NCBI GenBank assembly: GCA_964230645.1
Contig: CAXRHT010000003.1
Location: forward strand, 608,001 to 672,000
Length of the DNA: 64,000 bases
Reading direction: 5' to 3'
Origin: Bdellovibrionales bacterium
GTDB lineage: Bacteria > Bdellovibrionota > Bdellovibrionia > Bdellovibrionales > JAGQZY01
Below, piece after piece: positions 56,954-64,000 of the stretch. The notes beneath the pieces were generated by a model. It ran no database searches. It saw only the letters and a list, made by a program, of their open reading frames with translations, and had not been told where the DNA came from. The position numbers and the translations under genes were made by a program. Each line of letters starts with the position of its first letter. Position 1 is the stretch's first letter.

Positions 56954-58615
56954 TTGAATAAATCATACGAGCACCGACATTTTATTGTTCCGACCTCGGA
57001 TCTTTGTCACCTCTGGCAAAGAGATCAAGAGATCGACTTCAAATGGTACTTCTCCATGCTCAAAGCCTTTGATGTTAAAAGGGTGATGCTCGATCGCGTC
57101 CCGCAATCCAGTGATTTTTCGGAAAAGCTTCAAGAGCAATTGCAAAACTATGGATTGACCACCGAACATGTTTTAACTCTTGAGGAGTGGAATCAATGGC
57201 ACAACAAGAGAGAGTCTCTTGAGAAGGGTCATCATTTTTGCTTTCTAATTTACAACTCAGTGACCCCCGATTTTCTTCATGAAATCTTAGGTCTTCAAGA
57301 GTTCATAGGTCAGATGAAGTTTGTCATTATCGCCAGAAAGGATTGGAACTTCAGAAACACGTTTCGATCCATTCCCCATTTTATGAGAGATTATTTGTAT
57401 GTCGACTTTCCTCTCTCCACCTACGCGCATGACCCTTTTTATGAGACGGCAGAAATCCAAGAAATCCTCAGTCAGATGAGTCGCGACTTCAGAAAAGATT
57501 TTACAACTCCCTATTGCCCTCACTTACGATTTGTGAATACTGGCCTTCAATGCAACATCGCCTCCATTTCAATGCCAAGAAAATTATCCAAAGCGACTCC
57601 CAAGCTGTCTTTGGTCACCAGGACTCCAGAGCAGGTTGAAAAATTAAAGGACCTTTCCATCATAAAACAGTACGGCAATGAAATAGAGATTCTCATTGCA
57701 AGGGTAGCGGGAGAAAAGACCCAGGTGATTCCAAAACTTAAGAATGTCTTAACCACCCGCTATTGGGTCCATCCCATCGATTCGACTAAAGAGATCTCCA
57801 CACCTCATCTCTATAATTTTTCAGCTTCACAGGCTGATGGGGAGCTTTTGTTTTTCATAGACGATCTTTCCGAACAAGACCTGGACGCTGGACTCAAAAA
57901 ACTATTGGAGAGTTCCATTTCCCCAGAAGATTTAAAAGTTAGCCAGCTTCCTGGCGTTTTTGAAAAGACCCAATTCCTCGAAAAAGGGGGCTTAGACCCC
58001 GCTTATACCGATATCGATATGGCCTGGTTTGATTTGAACTATCGCGTTCGAGTCAATCCTACCCAGAAACAAAAAATTGATATCAATCAATCCGAAGGCA
58101 TAAGTTTAAACAAAAAAATTAACTTTGAACTGTTTACTCATAAATTCGTGGATTCCATAGATGATTTTTCTGAACAGATTGAGAAAAATCAGGAGCGATC
58201 TCTACGTCAAAAAGAAATTGAAAAGAAAAACACCATACCCGAGTACCGTTGGCAATGGGCAAAGGATATGTACTTCACCTTATACCGATCCTCCCCTAAG
58301 GTGGCCATGGAGGGGAATTTTTCTTTTATCTACCGTTTCTTCTATAGGATTTATCGTTTCACCTATCACCATTATAGAATGAATGCTTGGAAGCTTAATC
58401 CAATGGCCTACAAATTTTTCTGGAAGCTTCGTTATCTACCACACAAGTTTAAAGGTTGGTTGAAGCAGGCTCAGGGCTGGATGATTCGCGCCAAGTGGGT
58501 CCTTTTTGAACTCTCTTTTCCGTTCCGAAAGGTTTATTACTTCAGCCATTACCAATATGAAAAACGCATTCTAGGGCTTCATCGCGAGGCAAAGATGGCA
58601 AAGGAGAAGCATTGA
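56954..58615 (+). CDS. Degenerate GT2-like protein with aromatic/basic C-terminal region (start uncertain; ORF opens at 56873)
   Basis: PKLSLV, ADGELLFFIDD, GGLD remnants of GT2; N-terminal domain resembles that of 59474-61234. Confidence 0.6.
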   Translation: MNKSYEHRHFIVPTSDLCHLWQRDQEIDFKWYFSMLKAFDVKRVMLDRVPQSSDFSEKLQEQLQNYGLTTEHVLTLEEWNQWHNKRESLEKGHHFCFLIYNSVTPDFLHEILGLQEFIGQMKFVIIARKDWNFRNTFRSIPHFMRDYLYVDFPLSTYAHDPFYETAEIQEILSQMSRDFRKDFTTPYCPHLRFVNTGLQCNIASISMPRKLSKATPKLSLVTRTPEQVEKLKDLSIIKQYGNEIEILIARVAGEKTQVIPKLKNVLTTRYWVHPIDSTKEISTPHLYNFSASQADGELLFFIDDLSEQDLDAGLKKLLESSISPEDLKVSQLPGVFEKTQFLEKGGLDPAYTDIDMAWFDLNYRVRVNPTQKQKIDINQSEGISLNKKINFELFTHKFVDSIDDFSEQIEKNQERSLRQKEIEKKNTIPEYRWQWAKDMYFTLYRSSPKVAMEGNFSFIYRFFYRIYRFTYHHYRMNAWKLNPMAYKFFWKLRYLPHKFKGWLKQAQGWMIRAKWVLFELSFPFRKVYYFSHYQYEKRILGLHREAKMAKEKH

Positions 58616-59550
58616 TGGATTTATCAATCGTTATCCCGACCCATTTGCGCTTTAATTCACTGATGGAGCTTTTGGAAACTGTTTCTTTGCAAGACCTTCC
58701 AAAGGAGCAATTTGAAGTCTTGGTCATTTCCAATCTTGAAGACCCCTTTTACAAAAGTGATGAGTTCAAGCAAAAAATGGAACCTTTTCAAGGTCTGTAC
58801 CGCTGGGTAGGAGCGATGAATGTCAATCGCGCTCGTAATTTGGGAATGCAGATTGCCAAAGGAAAGGTCGTACAACTATTAGATGACGATTGCCTCCTTC
58901 TTGAGAATGATTTTTTCTCACGAGTTATTGATCTTCATGAAACTTATTCTGAGGCCACAGCTATTGGGGGGACCTATACCCCCGTGCAAGAAGCAGATCC
59001 AATCGATAAAGCTTACAATTGTGTAGCCAAGCAGTGGCAAGAATTGGATTTCTTCGGTCGTTACAATTCCACCAGACTTGTCGGGGGGAATGTGAGTTAC
59101 AAAAGTAAGAAGTTGCGAGAGGCGGGAGAAAGATTCGATGAATCTATCCAATTTGGAGCGACGGAGGCCGAATTTCATCTTCGTCTTCAAAAAAAAGGCT
59201 TTGAAACCCTTTACCTTTCGTCTTTAAGAGTCGGCCATAAAACCGAATTGGATCCCCGCAAACTTGTTGAAAAAGCATACCGACAGGCGAAAGGTCATCA
59301 ACGTTTTGGTGTTGAGGAGGGCTTCTCATCTAAAGCTTATCGAACATTTCAGAGCACAAGGGATCTTGAGGCTTTGCAGATGGCTCAGTCCGAAACTGAG
59401 TATCTACGAATTATAAAGTATATGAACCTTTACGACTGGGCCTACAACACCACGTTAGATAATCCACAGTGGGATGAGCGTAAGGTTTATTCAAAATCAA
59501 AGTCTTGGTTACGAAAAAATAAGGATAGACTCATTGCAACCCAACTCTAA
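58612..59550 (+). CDS. Glycosyltransferase family 2
   Basis: LSIVIPT, FEVLVI, ARNLG, LLDDDC, GGN, FDE. Confidence 0.9.
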   Translation: MMDLSIVIPTHLRFNSLMELLETVSLQDLPKEQFEVLVISNLEDPFYKSDEFKQKMEPFQGLYRWVGAMNVNRARNLGMQIAKGKVVQLLDDDCLLLENDFFSRVIDLHETYSEATAIGGTYTPVQEADPIDKAYNCVAKQWQELDFFGRYNSTRLVGGNVSYKSKKLREAGERFDESIQFGATEAEFHLRLQKKGFETLYLSSLRVGHKTELDPRKLVEKAYRQAKGHQRFGVEEGFSSKAYRTFQSTRDLEALQMAQSETEYLRIIKYMNLYDWAYNTTLDNPQWDERKVYSKSKSWLRKNKDRLIATQL

Positions 59551-61234
59551 GCATTCTTCCATTCAGGTTGACGCAAGTGTCGCCCACTATTTCAGTGGTC
59601 AGTGTAAGTACTATTACCTGCCACTTTATTCTGAAGTGCTCTTTAGTCCCTTATTAACCGAAGCGCTTGGAGCAAAAAACTTTGAACAAAGGCGGCTGGA
59701 AGGAATCAGAGCTTCTTTTGTAAAAGCACAAAAAGGGCACTACAGTCACATCAAAGTCCCTTTTGACCGCTTCGATACAGAGAAAATAGAATTGCTCACA
59801 AATTATTCGAAAGAATTCAATTTAGGCTTGGTTCTGCAAATTCCAACAAGTTTTCTCTATGATGAAGTTTTTTACAAGGCTCTCAAAGAAATGAGTCCTG
59901 ATTTTGAAGTCGAGTGGGTTCTTGATAACAATCACTACAAAGTAGAACCAAGACTGGGGGAGTTAACAGCTCATTTTAAAAACTGTCACCTTTCTATTGT
60001 GGTTCATAAGAGTCTGCAGTGGGACGAGTTATTAAGACCGACTCTGTTAAACTTTTTTAGTGAGGTTCACCTCTACTTCCCCTATCAACTCGCGATCAGC
60101 GAGCCTTATTTAAACTGCAAGCAAAGTCATAAAGTCCTAGGGCTCCTAAAGAAAAGACTCCCAAATATTAAATTTTTGCCTCCCAAAGGGGTGGACCTGT
60201 GGGACCGGAGGGCTCTGCACGATTTCGATATGGAGCCTTTCGTACTTCCTTGCTACGAAACAAAGTCTTCTAACCCTGATATCTCTTATTCTGTCATTAT
60301 TCCTACCTACAATAACCAGAACCATCTGCGTGTCGTCCTAAGGCATCTTTATCGACAGTCCGTGGGACTTGATAAATTTGAAGTCATTGTGGTCGATGAT
60401 GGGGGAACTGATCAGACTCAGGAATTGGTGATGGAGCTTTTAGATAGCTTTCCTGAGTCCATGAACTTTAAATACATCTTTTTTAAAAGAGCTCGCAAGC
60501 GGGTGATGGGTGACTCTCAATACCGTGCTGGCATTTCTAGAAACCTCGGAGTGAAAAACGCAGAAGGAGAGTACCTGTGCTTTCTTGATTCTGATATCGT
60601 GACTCCTTCAGGTTATCTAGAAAAAGTCGGGGAGGCTCTGGAGCAGTGGGGAGCCGTACAGGCTCGCCGGATTAATCTCTCCCACGACGCCAGTCATTTG
60701 GATCTAAATTACGAAGATGTCCGAGAAGACACCGATTGCATTCCTGACGAGAACTATTGGGAAGAGTTTATTAAAACAGAACAATGGCATGAACTTCCCT
60801 ATGCGTGGAAATATGTTTGTACCCACAGCTTCTCAATAAAAAAAGATGTGTTTTGGGAAGTGGGCGGATTAAAAAAGAATTTCATCTTTTACGGCTTTGA
60901 GGATACCGATCTTGGCTATAGGTTGGTAAAGGCCGGTTACAAGCTTCACCTGCTTGATGCCAGGGTTTATCATTTGTTTCATGAAAATACCCGATCAGAA
61001 TTTTTGAATTTAAAGTCTTTAAGGCATAATCTTTTAAGTCGAACCGCTCAGATATTTTATTTGCACCATTTGGATGAGGATATCTACGAAAACCTTTTAG
61101 GGTTTATGGAACCAGAGCCTACGTTTCATCGACTATTTCATCGCATGGTGCAAACATTGAGTTTGCAGTTTATATGGAGACCCGCTCCTAAGGTCTATAA
61201 CGTTAAGGCTCCGAGGAACAATCGAGGCCTATGA
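59474..61234 (+). CDS. Glycosyltransferase family 2 with large N-terminal domain (start uncertain)
   Basis: SVIIPTYN, VVDDGGTD, SRNLG, FLDSD, YGFEDTDLGYRL, YHLFH. Confidence 0.9.
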   Translation: MSVRFIQNQSLGYEKIRIDSLQPNSKHSSIQVDASVAHYFSGQCKYYYLPLYSEVLFSPLLTEALGAKNFEQRRLEGIRASFVKAQKGHYSHIKVPFDRFDTEKIELLTNYSKEFNLGLVLQIPTSFLYDEVFYKALKEMSPDFEVEWVLDNNHYKVEPRLGELTAHFKNCHLSIVVHKSLQWDELLRPTLLNFFSEVHLYFPYQLAISEPYLNCKQSHKVLGLLKKRLPNIKFLPPKGVDLWDRRALHDFDMEPFVLPCYETKSSNPDISYSVIIPTYNNQNHLRVVLRHLYRQSVGLDKFEVIVVDDGGTDQTQELVMELLDSFPESMNFKYIFFKRARKRVMGDSQYRAGISRNLGVKNAEGEYLCFLDSDIVTPSGYLEKVGEALEQWGAVQARRINLSHDASHLDLNYEDVREDTDCIPDENYWEEFIKTEQWHELPYAWKYVCTHSFSIKKDVFWEVGGLKKNFIFYGFEDTDLGYRLVKAGYKLHLLDARVYHLFHENTRSEFLNLKSLRHNLLSRTAQIFYLHHLDEDIYENLLGFMEPEPTFHRLFHRMVQTLSLQFIWRPAPKVYNVKAPRNNRGL

Positions 61235-62508
61235 AAAGTTATAAGGAACTCATAGATCAGCAGCATTTTTGTGTCCTCCCCTTTATCCATGGAGCGACAC
61301 TCACCGATGGAGAGATGCCACTTTGTTGTGTGGCTGAGAATAGCTCTGGCGTTAATCTTAATGAGTCCACGCTGTCGGATCATTGGAATAGTGACTATCT
61401 CAAAAATGTTCGAAAAAAGATGTTAGCCAATATGCCCGTCAAGGACTGCCGGCGCTGTATCGAAGAAGATTCCAAAGGATACCGTTCTCACCGTAGTATT
61501 GAAAACAAAGCGTGGGCCGATAAACTCGGTGAAGAGAGATTAGAAGAGATCATTGCTAAGGTTGAAGATTCGGGGGAAACCCAAGCTGGAGTGATTGGCC
61601 TTGATCTTCGCTTGGGAAACACATGCAACCTTCAGTGTGTTATGTGCCAGCCAAGAGAGAGCTCTAAATGGCAAGGCGCGGGTAAAAAGTTTTTAAAAGA
61701 GCTAAAAAATATCAGTTTGAAGTACGAATGGCGTAACAAAAACAATATTCGTGTAGAAAAGTTTGAATGGTATCGTAATGAAAAATTTTGGGAAAACCTT
61801 AGGGAGTTCTTACCGACCCTTCGTGAGATAATCATCGGAGGCGGTGAGCCCATGCTCATCAAAGAACACTTGAAGTTTATCAAGGAGTGCGCGGAGTCGG
61901 GCCATGCCTCTCATATTCATTTACGCTATCACACCAATATGACTGTTTTCCCAGAAGAAATGATCCCTTATTGGGAAAAGTTTGAGAGAGTGGAGTTTTT
62001 TACATCTGTAGACGGCATGGAGGAGGTGGGGCACTATGTGCGCTACCCGGCGAATTGGGATCTTGTCGAAAAAAATATGCGTAAAATCGATGAGCTCGGC
62101 GAAAACATTTGGTTACGACTTCTCTATTCTGTGAATGCTTTAAATGTTCATCATCTTCCTGATTTTTTACGATGGGTGAAGGCTCAGAACTTTAAGAAAC
62201 AAGAGGCCTTTGAGACCATGCAAAGCTTTGTCCACCCGGGAATTGTGCACTGGCCCAATTATCTTAATATTAAAGTCCTTCCCCATGAGTACAAAGAAAG
62301 GGTCACTAGGGACTGGTTACAGTTGAGAAATGAACTGGGCAGTGAGCCCTTTGACAAATACCAAGGTATTCTTCAAATAATGAACTCTGAGGACTGGAGT
62401 TCTAAAATACCCCAATTGCGTGATTATGTGAGAGCCTTGGATAAAACTAGAGGGACAGACTTCTATGAGGTCTTTCCTGATTTGAGTGAGTCACTTTTAA
62501 GTGTTTAA
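61231..62508 (+). CDS. Radical SAM protein with N-terminal Twitch/SPASM-type domain
   Basis: FCVLPF...LCC...WNS...CRRC; CNLQCVMC; GGEP; ATGA coupling. Confidence 0.92.
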   Translation: MKSYKELIDQQHFCVLPFIHGATLTDGEMPLCCVAENSSGVNLNESTLSDHWNSDYLKNVRKKMLANMPVKDCRRCIEEDSKGYRSHRSIENKAWADKLGEERLEEIIAKVEDSGETQAGVIGLDLRLGNTCNLQCVMCQPRESSKWQGAGKKFLKELKNISLKYEWRNKNNIRVEKFEWYRNEKFWENLREFLPTLREIIIGGGEPMLIKEHLKFIKECAESGHASHIHLRYHTNMTVFPEEMIPYWEKFERVEFFTSVDGMEEVGHYVRYPANWDLVEKNMRKIDELGENIWLRLLYSVNALNVHHLPDFLRWVKAQNFKKQEAFETMQSFVHPGIVHWPNYLNIKVLPHEYKERVTRDWLQLRNELGSEPFDKYQGILQIMNSEDWSSKIPQLRDYVRALDKTRGTDFYEVFPDLSESLLSV

Positions 62509-63871
62509 GTATCTAAATATGAAAGAGTATTCGAAAACATTTTGCGTTTATCCGTGGATCCAGCAGCAAACCACTCCGACTGGAAAAATTAACTTTTGTT
62601 GTATTTCCATGCACACCTTCGTGCCCAAAGAAGATGGCAAACCGATGATGCTTGATAAAGAAACGTTTAAAGACGCATGGAACTCTGGCTATATGCGAGA
62701 CATTCGTAAGAAGATGATTAACGGTGAAGCGGTGACAGGTTGTGAAACCTGTTACGAGCAGGAAAAGGTGGGTAAAAAAAGTTACCGCCAGGGTCACAAT
62801 GAGGAGTGGAGTCGCAAAGTTGGCAAAAAAGTTCTGGAAGAACGTGTGGAAAAGTCCATCGAGTCAAATTTCCATGTGGATGAACCTCCCATGTATTTGG
62901 ATTTGCGTTTAGGTAATCTGTGCAACTTAAAATGCCGAATGTGCAATCCCTATAACAGTGTCCAGATTCAAAAGGAGTGGGAGAAGTTAGACGCAAAAAG
63001 CGACAAGCAATATTCCAAATTTTGGAACAAGTACGGCCTCGAATATGGTGGCTGCACTCCATGGTATGAAAGTGAAAACTTCTGGAAGGGTGTGGAGGAA
63101 AATATTCCCTACCTCGAAAAGGTCTATATGACTGGCGGAGAGCCCACCTTGATAGAGGGCAATTACCATTTTCTTAATCGCTGTCGAGAGCTGGGTTACG
63201 CTGACAAAATTGAACTGTTCTTTAATATCAATTTCACCAATCTTAAAGATGAATTTATAGAGCAGCTCAGAGATTTTAAATGGACCAGCGTGAATGCAAG
63301 CCTTGATGGCTACGGGATCGTGAACGATTACATTCGAGCCCCCAGTCGATTTGCAATGATCGATAAAAACTTTAGAAAAATGGCTCGGGAGGGGGGCACT
63401 CGTTTAGCCCTTGGTATTAGCCCCGTTATACAAATTTATAACATTTTAAATATTGTGGACCTTCTGGAGTATTCCGAAGAGGTGGGCCAGGAAGCGAATC
63501 GAGAAATACTCGTCGACTTTCTTTTTTGCCTCCATCCTGATTTCCTGGATGTCATTCATTTACCAGATAATATAAAGCAAGAAGCTCTTCAGCGTCTTGA
63601 GGAGTACAAACAAACCTCGAAGGCCTACAAATCAAAGTCTAAAACATCGTTTTTTCTCACCAATGGTGTCGATAGTCTCGTCACTCGCCTTGAGAAGTCC
63701 ATGGGGGAAGAAAACCCAGAAATGGTCAATGACTTTATCAAATACACTAAAACTCTTGATAAAGAGCGCCGTCAAAGCTTTGAAGAAACCCTACCGGAAC
63801 TCCACTTCCTGCTGGAAGAGGCGGGGTATAACTTCGATGACACTGCGGCGATGACCGAAGCTTCCTCTTGA
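62501..63871 (+). CDS. Radical SAM protein with N-terminal Twitch/SPASM-type domain
   Basis: FCVYPW...FCC...WNS...CETC; CNLKCRMC; GGEP; SLDG; paralog of the preceding gene. Confidence 0.92.
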   Translation: MFKYLNMKEYSKTFCVYPWIQQQTTPTGKINFCCISMHTFVPKEDGKPMMLDKETFKDAWNSGYMRDIRKKMINGEAVTGCETCYEQEKVGKKSYRQGHNEEWSRKVGKKVLEERVEKSIESNFHVDEPPMYLDLRLGNLCNLKCRMCNPYNSVQIQKEWEKLDAKSDKQYSKFWNKYGLEYGGCTPWYESENFWKGVEENIPYLEKVYMTGGEPTLIEGNYHFLNRCRELGYADKIELFFNINFTNLKDEFIEQLRDFKWTSVNASLDGYGIVNDYIRAPSRFAMIDKNFRKMAREGGTRLALGISPVIQIYNILNIVDLLEYSEEVGQEANREILVDFLFCLHPDFLDVIHLPDNIKQEALQRLEEYKQTSKAYKSKSKTSFFLTNGVDSLVTRLEKSMGEENPEMVNDFIKYTKTLDKERRQSFEETLPELHFLLEEAGYNFDDTAAMTEASS

Positions 63872-64000
63872 TTCTTCTAAAGCTTATAGGCTTTCCTTAT
63901 AATCCCCAATCAACATTATTACTATATTGGCTAAGTCTTATGGTACGGATTAAATTTTCTAGGATTCTTTTTAGATCTTTTTTCATTTAGGGTAATTTTT

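Overview
Chromosomal window of a bacterium, most likely a member of the Bdellovibrionota (inferred from gene content: PilA-type and Flp/Tad pilins, TIGR02147-like HTH proteins, many Cys-rich secreted hypotheticals). The housekeeping backbone is a fragmented cell-wall cluster (mraY-murD // ftsW // murG-murC-murB), folD-gcvT-gcvH, tRNA-Leu(TAG), purT, an MnmD-like methyltransferase with a TIGR01212 radical SAM, aldolase and mtnA, gcvP and epmA. Accessory blocks include a pilin and Ntn-acylase, a large class A PBP operon, two back-to-back penteins, a lysozyme-like gene, a pilin-only Tad locus, a stressosome with a hybrid kinase, a diheme cytochrome-porin fusion and a GT2/Twitch radical SAM cluster. 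The best candidate for an undescribed system is a cassette present twice (5586-8239 on the minus strand, 39611-43214 on the plus strand). Each copy has small secreted Cys proteins, a terminator, a larger secreted homologue and a translationally coupled HTH regulator. The two regulators share an identical putative recognition helix, and the copies share TTCGTC-N(22-34)-GACGAA inverted repeats and similar promoter/leader sequences. The second candidate is an unannotated 28-aa leader peptide whose stop codon overlaps the RBS of an arginine/dimethylarginine hydrolase. All calls come from reading motifs by eye; no database searches were run.
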